The position numbers and the translations under genes are program-made. Under the pieces are notes generated by a model. It saw only the letters and a program-made list of their open reading frames with translations, had not been told where the DNA came from and did not search any database. A stretch of 57,569 nt of DNA, counting the filler, from Catajapyx aquilonaris (lineage: Eukaryota): assembly GCA_000934665.2 (NCBI GenBank). It is 2 parts of 2 records of this genome, joined end to end, with 100 filler letters (N's around TTAATTAATTAA, not from the genome) between each part and the next. Parts side by side here need not be neighbours in the genome. Positions count along the whole stretch, not along the records: positions 1 to 28,784 come from JYFJ02004884.1; 1 more part is not named here. The stretch is one strand, 5' to 3'. Below are positions 1 through 13,185 of the stretch, in pieces. Each line of letters opens with the position of its first letter. Position 1 is the stretch's first letter.

Positions 1-1000
1 TGGCCCATGTTGGGTCCCCCAATGTAGCGCTTCCCTTTTGTACCTATAAAGTTCAGCCTAGTCCGGTAGGGTCGCCACTTATCCGGAGAGTGAAATGTCT
101 CATGGCGCTCTCAAGTCAGCACCCGCTGCAAAACGCCCCGGCAGGTGATAACATCAGAAGGTAGTATGAGTGTCCGGGGGCTGGTTGGGAGCTTGCCAGC
201 TTGGTCCGGCTTTAGTTCGGGCCAACGCCACCGGAGTTGAACCCGGTTCCGGCGGGATGAGGTTCGGAGCGGTTCAGAGCTTGGTTAGGTCCGACATACC
301 AACGCAACGGGGGTAAAGGCAGAAAAACTGCTGGATTTACTCCAGCGTATGCATCATGTTTTCATGGTGGCAGAATGACATTTCCAAGCACCCGCTATAC
401 AAGGCCCCATTGATACACGAACGTTCAGTGGACGTTCTTGAATGTGCAGGGAATGTGATGTATGTTCAGTGAACTTCCAGTGAATGTTCGTAGCTGGACA
501 TATGTGGAATGCTCTATTTGAATGTTCCGTGAACGTTCAGTGGATGTTCCGTTTGGAACATATTCGAAAGTCTACCGCGAGGTGCGCCGACAGATGGCGC
601 GCACGACGGCGCGAGAGAAAAACAAGTGACGCCGATATGCGCGATCATCAAGCTTCATCAGAGATCAGAATGGGAGGCATAATTTCCAAATATACACATA
701 GTTCGTCCAGGCCGTGCCGATTATCCAAGCCAGGTGGCTCGGACCGTCACTGCCCTATTATGCGGACCCTGGACCAAGATCCAGCGGGCTTCGATAAATA
801 ATAGGCGTGTAGGGCGTGGGCGTGTATCTGCTGAAAGATAGGCCTGTATACGCAGAAGATAGGCCTGTATCCGCAAGGGAGGAAAGTTAGGTTAGGTTAG
901 GTTAGGTTGGAACAGAGTACCACATTGGAAAAATGTTGCAAATCATGTGTTAAAGTTCCTCTGCCTTTTACAACAATATAAAGTGGGTGTGCCTGCGCTG

Positions 1001-2593
1001 CGCAGTGGGGCAGATAATTAAATCCACGGCCAAAAATTCAAAATGGCGGATCCAAAATGGCGGACATCATATGCGAGAAATGGTCACATTAGCGTCAAAA
1101 TTAGCTTCTGAGCGTTTCAGAGGGCGCTTAGTTCAGATCCTATCTCAAACAAAGAAAATTCAAAATTGCGAATCCAAAATGGCGGACAGTGCCTTTCTCA
1201 AATGTCCCGAATGTAATGAAAATTGTCATAAGGGTTTTTTTTTGAACGTTTTCATTTCAAATACAGTGCTAAAAGGAGAAATTCAAGACGTCATACGGCA
1301 GGCGATCTCTGAAAAAGTTAATATTGATGGGAAATTTTCATAGGGAAAAGATAAGACATTACATTTTTGGGTGCCCACCTTTCAACAATACTGTATTATG
1401 TAGTTTGTATATTCTATAATTACACTAGGCAACAAGGTTTTGGGCACATAAACTATTCGGAGGAGCTGATTGTGAATACGAAGTCTGAATTTTAATATCG
1501 GCACCCATTTTCTTGTAACAAGCGTATCGTTTTCTAGAATTACTGCACATTGCTCAATGTCACCTTGTGCAGAATTTATTTCCATAAATAGTAGAATTTG
1601 ATGATTTACGATTGCAAATTTGAATTTAGCATTGCTGATAACATGGGTGTACATATCCGATTCATTGCAAATCGATCACTCACGAGTGGTTGTAATTTCT
1701 GAATATAGGGCTAGCCATCAGAGATGGGGCCTCTGGATTAGCGCTGACCATTCGGCAGCCTCCACCTTTCTCATTACGATGCAGGTATGAGATTTTGTTC
1801 TAAGTCATTCAAGGCAAAATGACCCGATTGGGAACCGAGGGATGACGGCGAGAGGCCAACAGGACGTTCGAAGTTGACCGGACGTTACAGTCGATTTTTT
1901 TTTTTTGGGGGGGNNGGGGGGGGGGGAGTCCAGTTCCGGAGAAGGCCGGGACTCTTCATCGTTCTTGTTCATAATTCTGAAAATAAATTTTCACGAATTC
2001 TCAGGTTATAAAAAGTTACCTCTGTTTACTAAGCCACTACAAATTGGGTGGTCCGGAAGTTAATGGTATCTAGCGGACACGGTGGTGGGTGGTGGCAGCT
2101 ACTCATTGGTCTGTCCCAATCAGGAGCGTCTCCCGCATTTTTTCATCCGATTAAAAAAACCACAAAAAACACATTTTAAAACAATTTTTTTGTAAATATA
2201 AATTTAATGAAAAATTGACTGAAATTACCCATATTGCATGACCTTAATTTACAGGGTCAATAAATTTTCCTCGAGGGTCACATTATAACTTTTTATACGC
2301 ATGCATATGCATTATAATGTGGTGCAACAAAAAAAGGCCCTATGCCATCCAGGGAATCCACAAAATATTGTCCAAATAAACACTCAGGTGAAAATCGACC
2401 AAATTAATTTCACCGGAATTTCCTCTTATTCAGTCGCTGTTTGCGTGACTTTATTGGCACTTCTATGCCAAGAAACGACGTGACTCTGATGATCCCAATG
2501 TCTAAAAATATCGTAATGCAAATATCATGTTGCTATATATGCAAGTTGGAAAAATTATATATGACCGCTTTTTAGAAATTCTGCCCCACTGTG
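1001..2593. mobile_element. Non-autonomous Transib-type DNA transposon
   Basis: Left end CGCAGTGGGGCAGA, right end TCTGCCCCACTGTG; 5-bp flanks CGCTG (996-1000) and GGCTG (2594-2598), 4/5 match; CACAGTG-type ends with a 5-bp GC-rich TSD are characteristic of Transib. Confidence 0.7.
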
Positions 2594-2946
2594 GGCTGGT
2601 GCACCGCAAACACGACCTCGCGGTGTTCTGAAATCTTGGTAAGGGCATGTTTTATTATTTCCACCGGGCGTTATGTGATCTGAATATTAACATGGCATCA
2701 CCTGGACATCACGTGGGCATGGCATCACCTTGGGTCACCAATGACACGACCGTTGGTCGCACCGGAACCCGCGTTGCAGGTGGAGTAAGAAGGAAATCAG
2801 TCTTTTAATGTCTTATATATTATGATCAATATGCTGCCCATAATAGCGGGCAAAATTGTTGCTGTTAAAATTATATAAGTATATGCAACGCGCGCCATCG
2901 CAAAACCCGCATTTTGTTCGTTTTTATTTGTAGCCACCTGGCGGCA

Positions 2947-4368
2947 CACAGTGGGCCGGGAAGCGTATTTAGGAGGCTAGGTTATCATTTTATGAAGTGC
3001 ATCGGAAATGCGTGAAAATAGTGTGAATGCACGAGGAATAGTCCAAAGTGACAAGCCCTGGCAAAATATAGCGAGTGTTGATCTGAGAAACCTCAATTTT
3101 CACTTCCTGAACTTGTCCCTTCTAATAATTATCGAGAAAAAGTGCAGTTTTGTCTTCTAGTAAACACCATCTAATTCGAGTCAAATAAGTCCGTGGAGGC
3201 GTGTTAGCTATTATGTATTGGAATCATGATGTTATCGGCTTCTCATTGCTTAGGTGCACATCTCTCCGCCGTTTATGTGTGGACGCTGCTGGGCGTCATA
3301 AAAGGAACGTAAAAAAGTTAGTAATAGTTGTATTTCTCTTGACCTACAAAATTTGTCTAATGTCGTCCACTTTTCCGTCTTGTTGCAATCGATCACTGGT
3401 ATTGTACCGAACACGAGGCAAGAGAAACTAGCTGCCAATACCTGCGAATCCGCGTTTCCTGGCCTCATTTCCGGTGCGAGGGCGTTGGCGCGAAATTCAA
3501 ACCAGCCTCGACTCTGACGGAGCGGTTTAATTGTGGTGCATGCCAAAGCAAGGATCTTGATCATCAATTGATGGGGACACTGTCCGAGAATTTCTCAGAA
3601 ATTCTGAAGTGACTTCTCATAATTCAATGTTTCAATAGTATTCTGGAGGCTATCGACTCCATGCAAGATAAATGTTCAGGAGTACAAGACCTATGCCAGA
3701 GAAACTTTTAGGAAGTGAATCACACTTTATCCACGGTATTCCATGCCTTCAACAGTATAACAGAATCTTTGTGCATGGTGCACCCATTATACAGGTCGCG
3801 CCCCTCCCTCTCGGAATGTTCTCCGAAAACCCGCAGAAATCCTACCATAAATACTTTTAAGCATTTCCGGGCATTCAATATCCGAAAAACATCCAGGGTG
3901 GAGTGCATCTGACCCTCTTATCACAATCAAAGTTCACAGACCTGCAGACCGCTACCTCAGGAAGTTGCCAACTAAGAAAAGGGCTGTTTCTCTCAGGAAA
4001 CTCTTCGTCTTCAACAAGAGCCTCAAGTTTACGTAAAGTCCAGTAAAATTGTATGAATCCAGTGACGACAAATAAGTTCATCTTTGGATATTTATTACAT
4101 TAAAGTACAGTATTTGTTTTCCGTTCATATCATTGCAAAACAAGTAATATTTGTTATGTATGATGTTATCCTAGCGTGTATAAAGGTTGGAAGATCTGAC
4201 CAGTAAATGCACGAATGATTTAATTTTGTTGTATTAGGCTGCATGAAGTGTATCAATATGCTTATTGCAACCATCTTTTATGTCAATTTGCACATCTAAA
4301 TGAAAAATTTCCAAGAAAATCAACGCTACGAACTCTGTCCGCCTAAATGGGCTTCCCGGCCCACTGTG
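2947..4368 (+). mobile_element. Transib transposon, internally deleted
   Basis: TIR CACAGTGGGCCGGGAAGC / GCTTCCCGGCCCACTGTG; perfect 5-bp TSD CGGCA (2942-2946, 4369-4373); transposase remnant inside. Confidence 0.88.
3523..3925 (+). pseudogene. Transib (RAG1-core-like) transposase C-terminal remnant, with frameshifts and stops
   Basis: Pieces across frames: MPKQGS*SSIDGDTVREFLRNSEVTS, YPRYSMPSTV, RIFVHGAPIIQVAPLPLGMFSENPQKSYHK, FKHFRAFNIRKTSR, SDPLIT. These resemble Transib motifs PKQG.G..NDGNTARRFF, YPWY.MP.TVHK.L.HG, LPIG.LSEEAQE..NK and SDP.IS as I recall them. Confidence 0.8.
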
Positions 4369-4481
4369 CGGCACTTGCCGAAGCTTGGATTATCGGCACG
4401 GCCTGGACGAACAATGTGTATTTGGAAATTATGCCAGCCGGCTCTCGGCTGGAGAAGCAGTTCTGAACGCAGCCAAATGCA

Positions 4482-4866
4482 CTCTTAGGTTGATATCAAA
4501 GATATCTGCTATATATAACTCTAGGTACATAACTGCTATGAAAACGTGATGCCAGTCTGTGATATGGGATTGTGCCAGTCGCCCAAAGCACAGATGGCGG
4601 CTTTGGGCGACTTGGATCGATCTGCCGTGGTGGCCTGTACGTAGTTGGGCATCTTCAAGGGATGCCCCGCGCCCCTGGAAACGTCCCACTGCGGTCCGGC
4701 CCATCAGCACAGGGGCCGCCCCTACGGCCGCTTCTGCTGCCCCACCCAAAGAAACGATGATTCCATCTTTACTTTGGGCGTGATTGACATCACTTTGTTT
4801 ATATGGAAAGGGATAGCGAGTTATGTATCTAGAGTAATATATAGCAGTTGATATCAACCTAAGAGG
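4482..4866. mobile_element. MITE-like inverted-repeat element
   Basis: CTCTTAGGTTGATATCAA..TGCTATATA..CTCTAG.TACATAACT at 4482-4534 is inverted at about 4820-4866. Confidence 0.55.
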
Positions 4867-4899
4867 ACATTGCACTCTCAGGTGGAGACATTCGCGTTT

Positions 4900-4961
4900 T
4901 CGTGGCCCCTTAGCCTGATATAAACCTAAGCTTAGGTTGATATCAGGCTAAGGGGCCACGA
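4900..4961. repeat. Near-perfect 62-bp palindrome related to the adjacent element end
   Basis: TCGTGGCCCCTTAGCCTGATATAAACCTAAG|CTTAGGTTGATATCAGGCTAAGGGGCCACGA, one mismatch; shares CTTAGGTTGATATCA with 4484-4498. Confidence 0.75.
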
Positions 4962-5150
4962 CTGGGGACTTCGGAGTGGAAGGGATCCAGGTAAAAGGGC
5001 TCAGGGGGCGGGGCATAAGCCCTTGGTCTCAAAATGTGGTACGGTTCGGGAATACGCGTCCCCGCCGGCAGGCTTCCATACATATATCGGTAATATCGTC
5101 TATGTATTTGGATATCAGAAGTCTCGGTTATACGATACTGATTTCCCCTC

Positions 5151-5210
5151 CGACTGCGGATAAAGCGACTGCAAGGTATCGCACCTTGCAGTCGCTTATA
5201 TCCGCAGTCG
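5151..5210. repeat. Short hairpin/palindromic element
   Basis: CGACTGCGGATAAAGCGACTGCAAGGT-ATCGC-ACCTTGCAGTCGCTTATATCCGCAGTCG. Confidence 0.65.
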
Positions 5211-6371
5211 ACTGTAAATATACTAGCAAGATACAGCACATGGCTATCCTAATCAATATCTACTAAAGTTAGTTTATAAATTTAATACTCACGATAACTG
5301 CTTGCCTCTGCAATAAATACCAGCATGTAAGATAAGGTAACGCTCAATTAAGTTTTAAAATGTTACATTTTGCTGAAACTTCACTAATGAAAAATGCATA
5401 ACTTTGAAGAAAATAATCATTCATTACTGCCAAGATCACACGATCAGAAATGTCAGTGAATGTGGAAGTGTTCATTACATGATCGTCAAAGATAAAAGTG
5501 GTAAACCTCCAAATACACTTATTGATGATGTGCTGAGATGAACATTACACAACTAACAATCATATTATTCATTCCGTACCTGGGAGCCATAACCCTGATT
5601 TTACTCCTTATAGTAAGGTACTTGTACCAAATAAGGCCATTTATCTGTTTCTCGCATACTGTGTGCTGCTGGAAATAAAATGCGACATGGTTACCTTCTG
5701 TAATTGACTCTCATAAGTTTGGTCCTGGTAAGTGGCATATCGCATCTGCGAAAATGTTTTGAAATTGACGTCACTCAAGTTGGGATCTCTGATTTAATGC
5801 CAGGTTTGTTTCTAAAGCACATTTAAACGAAGCAGAAAATAATATAATAACAAGATCATCTACACGGCCATGCGCCTGAGAAAGTAGTAGGCAGCACTTA
5901 AAGAGGTTTACGTTTTGGCACTTACTTTGCATTAAATAGATACTGAGATTTAGCAAAATACCCTAATCATGTGAATTTCTAAATGACCTTTTAGCGTTGA
6001 AGTGACAAGTGAACTTTGCTGAAAATTATGGACTAGAGATGTGTATTAATGATCGAAGATATTCGCATGGCTAATTAGTAGCTACTTAAACAGTAACTGA
6101 AAATTAGTACCCATTGCCAACATTACTACAGGCCTAATTCCGAGGATTTCCCTCTATTATTAATTTTAGCTTGAGATGCAAACTCTTAGATAAGGGAAAC
6201 AAGTTTCTGAAGAATACAGAAATGATGTGAATAGTTCAGATTTATGGCAGTAAATTTTGTTTGTATGGCATATCCAATACGAAAAAAATAATGCTTTAAA
6301 ATAATAGGAAGAAACCTGGCTATAATATAATAAGACACGATAATCAAAGAAACGATATTATAATGCAAATA

Positions 6372-6909
6372 CAGGTGGTAACAAGACCCTATGCTGAAAT
6401 TTTAAAGGTGGGTAGGGGACCCCAAAACAAACATTTTTGACCAATGAACCCACCCTCTAAAAATCATCAAATTCACTTAAATCGATATCTGGTTAGTGCC
6501 TGTAGTAACAGTTATGTGGTTGCTGCTACTCTACAGTGGGGTTGTCACGGTAGTGTTGACAATTTTTTACAGTACTGTAAAAGGTCACCACCACAAATCA
6601 ATGAACGCTGACATGAAACCCACCACCTGCACCTAACACAAACTTGTAATCAAAGGAGCTGCTCAAAGTGTCCTCCAGCCACTTGTACACACAGTCTACA
6701 GTTTTTACTGACAATGACTTGTCAACACAACCATGACAACGCTACTGTAGAGTAGCAGCAACCACATAACTGTTACTACAGGCACTACCCAGTTATCGAT
6801 TTAAGTGAATTTGATGATTTTTAGAGGGTGGGTTCATTGGTCAAGAATGTTTGCTTTGGGGTCCCCTACCCACCTTTAAAATTTCAGCATAGGGTATTGT
6901 TACACCCTG
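6372..6909. mobile_element. Tc1/mariner-derived MITE with about 190-bp TIRs and TA TSD
   Basis: TA|CAGGTGGTAACAAGACCCTATGCTGAAATTTT...AAAATTTCAGCATAGGGTATTGTTACACCCTG|TA; spacer encodes on minus strand (6650-6706) KNCRLCVQVAGGHFEQLL*, a typical Tc1/mariner transposase C-terminus. Confidence 0.85.
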
Positions 6910-8908
6910 TATAATGCCCTTATTTTGTGCTCATAATACAAATAATACTATACTCTTGAAGAGGACTGTTAAACATTTCGGAAATAATATTTCCACTATA
7001 AATACAGAATTGATATTTAAAACGTCCATGAAGAGAGACGTTTGAAGTCGCACACAGTAATCCTATAAAGCCTCAACAAGTAGCGGAGAAAACGTTATTT
7101 GTCCCTTAAGGTGGCCTTTTTGGTACAGGTACCTCAGCAATCAAGAATCTACAATTTTGTCGGTGCAAATATCTATGAAACTCAAATGTATACAATACTC
7201 ATGTGCAATTAAGAACATAGCCACTAATAATGATATTATAATAATGAAGACCTTCATTGGCAGTTATGGCTCTATGACACATATATAAAATTAAAATGAC
7301 CTAATATCTATAAGATCACAAAATGTTTGAAGTTCAATGCAGTTTCAAGGACAGAATAGAGTAGAATAACATGAACAAGATTCTCTTTTACGTTCTTAAA
7401 TTCTTCTATAATCACCATCAGTGAACTGAAATATGCTTAGTCACACTAATGGATTGCTAAAACTTGAGTGAGGGAAAGGCATCAGCTTGTAATACCACTG
7501 CCCTGCAGTGAGATGTTTAAACTCTATCATATCCACGCCAATATAATGACATGATAATTTTTGACTGGGTGCAATGCATGGATGCGTCAATAAATATTTT
7601 CAAAGAAATCATAGCACTTAGTGAATATACAAATACAAAACAAATTATAGTTTTGGCAATCGTGCGACTTATGAACTGTATACTGTACGGCCGTAACATG
7701 CCACGCTACAAGAAACAAGCTTGGCATAAAGGTTGATACCAGTACTAAGTAATACAAAGTAATGTAAGTAGCACTGTTCTCGAAAAGGTTGATGAAAGTT
7801 TAAAATTCAGCAATCTAACCTCTTGCAGTCTCGTCACTTGCTGCTGTTCTGTTACAATAACATCACTACAAATTAGCATGGTGTATGCTGTGTTATTAAC
7901 TGCATTCATATGATATTGATATGCACAAAAATCACCGTGAAATAACAATGCACTAGATCACTTTAAAAAAAATCTCTTACAATTAATCAGATGGTGAATT
8001 GCAATAACCTAACACTTCAAACAACTCAGACTCGCTTGTATGTCACTGGCATCCATTTGGCATACGATGCAAGTGTATTTTAAAATTGCACAAATGACTA
8101 GCATGACGACATTTTTGGAGCACTGGCGAGGTGAAATTGAATGAACAGACATATTTTCCTTGCAAAATGAAATGAATAGTTAAATATGAAATAACCATTC
8201 TCTTTTACGTTCGTAAGATTTTGCCCCAAAATATTCACGATTACAAAATGATTGCATGGCAACTGGAACGTATGGTGTCTTAACAATGCAATATTATTAA
8301 GATTAATAATCAAAGCATCCCTCTAAATCACATCTTAAATAGCAATGAAAGCTTACATAGTCAGATTATGTATTGTTTCATCAGTGCTCACAACTTGGAG
8401 CAGGTTCAAGATTCGAAAAAAAAAACCTGCCAATTATATCTCTAGGTTCTTTCAATTCCCAAATTACAACTAAAAATAATTAAGAACATGACCATGTGCT
8501 TAAGTGAATTTGGACAGCCTTCAAAAAGGAAAACTAAAAAGGCGCAGTAGGAACTCCAGAAAAGTTATTGCCTTGAGAATATATGACAAAATTGAAGGCA
8601 AGAAAATGGGACCATCTCCACCACAACTTTGGAACATTAATGATCCCGAGAGGTGTCTAAAAGGTCACGTGTGCATAGTTGTAATGGCACTTACTAAATC
8701 GCAACACAAGGGCACTCACAACACACCATTTCACCGTATGGGACAAAATTTGTCTCCTCATATACAATGATTTGAATGACGTAACAAGATAATCATAAAG
8801 AGCGGCATGCACGTGGGATCCCACAGGCCACTTTCGGACAATGCACTCGTATCTAGCAGATCTCAGAGACTCGGGTCATGAGCCATACGTAATACTGTAC
8901 ATACAGGC

Positions 8909-8910
8909 CA

Positions 8911-8954
<44 letters not shown>

Positions 8955-8960
8955 GTGAGA
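8909..8960. repeat. (GA)n microsatellite
   Basis: Imperfect GA dinucleotide run. Confidence 0.9.
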
Positions 8961-9645
8961 GGTCCACGTGAATACCTCCCTAGAACAAGTTGTACTCAAT
9001 ATTGCTTCAAATTATGTTGAACTATTAAATACAATTATTAACTAATCTTATATAAGATATTTAACATACATGGAATCAAAAAGGGCAGTCCGAATTAAAT
9101 CAGTGCAGACATGTTGGGGGTATGATACACAATACCAAAATATCGCTACGGTACCTGGTATTTTGCTGCAGTCCAAAGGCAAAGTGAATATTAAACATTA
9201 TTTTATCCATTTCAGGGGAAGTTGAGTTTAAAAAAATCGTCATTCTTATTGCAATATTCATTTGTTTTTGCCAATATCCTGGATTCTGTGGTCGTATGGG
9301 ACAGACAAATATACAGGGTGGTCAGAAATTCCCGCAATTGCTTCAGGTGTGGTGATTCCTTGACATGTTCTACAGGACTACCAAAAAATTATTCCTTCGA
9401 TTTCGTGATATTTGTTTAAAAATTTAATTATATCCTGCATCTTTCCTATATAACTCATTTTTGACTGTAACTCTTAATTTTGTGTGTGGCAGTAATTGAA
9501 TTTTCATTTCTTAATCACTGAAAATGAGTAGGTCATTATGAAAACCAGGCTATTTAATTTTGTCGAAAGTGTTAATTCCTGGTAACAGGCATCACTCAAC
9601 GCTAAATTCATATTTACAATATAACTTAACTAGTAATCAATGCCC

Positions 9646-10078
9646 GGGGGCATGGTGGTCCAGTGGCTATGCTACTGGCCAGCCAAGTGGGAGGTCCGGG
9701 GTTCAAATCCCGCCTCTGCTTTTTTCCGCTTTTCACCCGACGTCTCCGGGCAGACTTGCACTCCATTCTCTGCCCAGGGCCAGGAGAAAAGGTCTGGTAT
9801 TTAAGAGGGTCTGCAATGACTAGAAACTACTTAAAAGCCTCCCTTGGGAACCTCCCCTTCCCCACACGCCCGCGGACCCGGGCGTTCCATACAAAGGTTC
9901 GTTATGTACTATATCCAATATCGCTCAAAAACATTGAGACGATTTTGCAGTTGATTCAAGTGCAGCTTGCACTTGAGTCAAATGCGAAATCGTCTCTACG
10001 TTTTTACATCGTATATTAAGATCAATAAAGGTCCTTGCGATATACCCGACAGGATGAAAGCACTACCCACGATTATTA
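9646..10078 (+). mobile_element. tRNA-derived SINE with internal ~100-bp hairpin and shared 3' tail
   Basis: A box TGGTCCAGTGG, B box GGTTCAAATCCC; TSD TAACTAGTAATCA(A/G)TGCCC on both sides; 3' part similar to about 21035-21272. Confidence 0.8.
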
Positions 10079-10832
10079 TAACTAGTAATCAGTGCCCGTC
10101 GTAACATGCATAACTCACATATTTGTATGTTATTGTGCAAGTGTGGGTGTTTCGCAGTATCTGATGGGGTTCATTTATTCAAATGTAGAGGTGCCTTGTT
10201 ATCTTAGACGGGGGTTTCTCTGTCGACACGGTGAAAAATCCTACCTGACGTAACGCACATCCAAACTGGCCCCGGGGCCGCCCCCGGCCACTCTCCACCA
10301 ACCTGAGGCAGCAAATCCTGCGTGACACAACCACACCCAAACTCCGGGGATATGCCACTACCACCTGGTGTACTGCCGCCCTCCAGTGCCATCATCCCGT
10401 AGGGTGAGGTGAATAAGCGCATTGGGGGGCATACAGACATTTCTCGATTCTGAATATGATGATGATGATGTTCACCTCCCATCGGGAAAGGTCACTTGGG
10501 CCGTAAAAGGCCTCATTAAATTTGAAATTATTTTTTCTGAGGATTCGTACCGAAGAAGATAGCCTGAGTTTGATAATGACCTATACTCAAATATAGGACA
10601 TATTTATCTCTTCCAGGTTGCGCTGAAAGGATAGTACAACCTGTGGAATATTTCCTGCAGTTGGAGATGGAATGCACTGCTACTTGTTATTACAACTGCT
10701 TGGCAGGATATTAGGGAAGCTGATTGCAAAGAGCAGACTGTTGTACATGCTGTTTTCGCCCAATTTCAAGATCCGAAGGGGGAGGGGAGCTGATAGAATA
10801 TTCACCCATGGCGATGTATAATTATATAAATA

Positions 10833-11120
10833 CACCGAAGCAGTTTGGAGTAGGGGATATGGTGTCCGACTGCTAATCGGGAGGTCCTGGGATCAAATCT
10901 CGGTGCCGGCAACTCTGACCGTGGTTTTCTGTGGTTTCCCACGGTCCTTCCAGGAAAATTCCGGAGTTGCTTCCGTAATTAATAGGCCACAGCCGCTTCC
11001 TTCCGTCCCTATCCTATCCCAAAAAGCCCAGTAAAATGAAAAAGCAAAGAGTTCCAGGCAAAACAAACTAACCTCTAAAGAGCCGATGGCTGATAACGGG
11101 GTATGAATTATTAATTTTAT
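10833..11120 (+). mobile_element. tRNA-derived SINE (family A, Lm1/Talua-like central domain)
   Basis: Perfect 16-bp TSD TATAATTATATAAATA (10817-10832, 11121-11136); tRNA-like head; core GTGGTTTCCC..CCAGGAAAATTCCGG..TAGGCCACAGCCGCTTCCTTCC; further copies at 17014-17250 and 17480. Confidence 0.85.
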
Positions 11121-13185
11121 TATAATTATATAAATAAAAGCCGGCGGGTGTCACGAATGCAAATAAGAATAGGCCAAAAAACCTCCCTACACCAGAAGTG
11201 ACTGCAGGAGTTACTGACCACTAGACTGTATAACGGTGCAGTTTATTCTGATGTTATACTTAAGTCTAAAATGATGGAATACGTTTTGCTTTCGGACAGC
11301 AGTGTGGTTTCATATCAGTGGCTAATAAAATTGCTTTTCTTTAAAACTGATGCCTAAGTTTTGCAAAGTTTTGTATGATTGATGAACTCTCGTTAGCAGA
11401 ATGGTTGGAAATAATGAACTGTTTGCTGTCATGAACACCAATAAATACGATGAAAAAATCATATCATCAGGTTGGAGTGTGACTATACGTTCTGCTTTCT
11501 TCCCAATATATCTTATTGCAATGGTTCATAGTCTCCAGAATTATTGATGGTAAGTTGATAAAAACTTGCAATAACGTCAATATTTGCTACATCAGCGCAG
11601 CAGTCATAAGATTATTTAGAACTGAGGTTCCCAAACATAGGCTTTGGCACGTGCCAAGCACTTCTCTCCTTCTTAAATTTGTTATCATTACAGTGCGGGG
11701 GCGGGAGTTGGTAAATGCGCCCTGGACTTTCACTGTGATACGAATGAAACATGCCATTAGAGATACGCGAAACAGGAAACTTGACTAACAAACAGATACA
11801 ATATATCTTACTGTACGTCACGATAATATTATTGTACATCATTTTTGTTCTGTTATGACATAGGTCTAATCCTGATGAAATAGTTATTAATAAGACAGGC
11901 CTACTGATGAAGATGTCAGAGAAGTCATATTCCAAAATAATTATTTGTAAGCTACAATATTTATCTCTCATCGAGTATGCGTCCTACTATAATAATTATG
12001 TAAGTTACGATGAGACAATTGGGACTGGAATCCACTTGTGTTTGGGTTGAATTTTTACTCTAACTATGGGACTTTCTTTACTCTCTAAAATGCTTATTAA
12101 GTGTTGATGATGGCCTGATGAATGTCCTCTCCTTGTGGGAGATAGCCTAAGGATAAACTTGCAGGGCGAAATTGGTATCCTATAATTGAAGTACAATATT
12201 TGTATTGTTTTGTGCAACCGTCAAAATGCATAATTTTGTTTACTTCAAGATTCAAAATCAATGCCTGAGGTCTATGCAGCATGTATTATGCACAACCTGT
12301 TGATAATGGTAATAAATATTATAATGCTATCTGGCTGCTTGTAGCAAAGGTCATGATGATGAACAATAAAATATTATTATATTAGATCAACATGCAATGG
12401 GCTATGTGCTATCATTTTTCTGTCAATGTGAAGAATCCAGGCCTACTCATTTTAGTAAATGACCACTTTAGTTTTGTATAGATAGTTGTGAAAATACCTA
12501 TTGCCCATCACATTTTTTTGTCCTGCTATCTACAGTTTGGGAACCCTCAGTGTACGTTGGTTAATTTCTGACAGACAGATCTGGAGCCTATAAAATATGT
12601 TCATAATACTGTTGTTATTATTATTCTTATTCATATTCTTATTATTATTATTCTTATTATTATTATTGCATAAGGCTACATTCTTCTTTTGGTGCATAGG
12701 TATGTTGCACCCTGCCTCCCTGTCAAATACTTTACCGCGGTGTGCACATTTATTAGTCATATTTGTTATAAGGTCAGTTATGCATTTTCTGATACTGCAA
12801 TTATTAGTTTCATCTAAATAAAACGTCATTACAATTAGGTTTAGCTCATCTTGCAAGATACCATGGCAACCAAATGCAAGACAGCATCCATTCCTTAGTG
12901 ATTGTTCATTGTTCTGTGCGACTAACAGATTTGTTATACTGTGTATAACATTTGATGAGTTTTTTTTACATTTCTTTTAAAAAATCTACAACACAATGCC
13001 ATTAATCAAACATGCTAGCACTGTAATCTTAATATGCCATTCCTCGAGTATGAATAATTGCAGTCTGATCGACTAGGGTGAGAATGGTGCTATGCGATGG
13101 TTTTGTAACACTGATCATGGATACGGATCTGTCCATATCTGCATTGAGATGATGGAAGAATGTGAAACAGTGAAAATGTGACTGT

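Larger units (their letters stand above)
676..4435. mobile_element. Outer TIR-bounded element (about 55-bp inverted termini) enclosing two Transib insertions
   Basis: GGCATAATTTCCAAATA..GTTCGTCCAGGCCGTGCCGATTATCCAAGC at 676-731 is matched in reverse complement at about 4383-4435; short TTAGG run inside (887-909); no TSD identified. Confidence 0.5.

Noticed and set aside
415..570. Recurrent GAA(C/T)GTTC motif with short spacers, superficially CRISPR-like
   Set aside because: Degenerate, irregular spacing, eukaryotic context and no cas genes; more likely transposon subterminal repeats
887..909. TTAGG repeats (arthropod telomere motif)
   Set aside because: Only about 4 units, internal to a repeat element; not a telomere
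10455..10800. Possible LINE 3' end on the minus strand with a (CAT)n tail
   Set aside because: No diagnostic motif recognised; too weak to call
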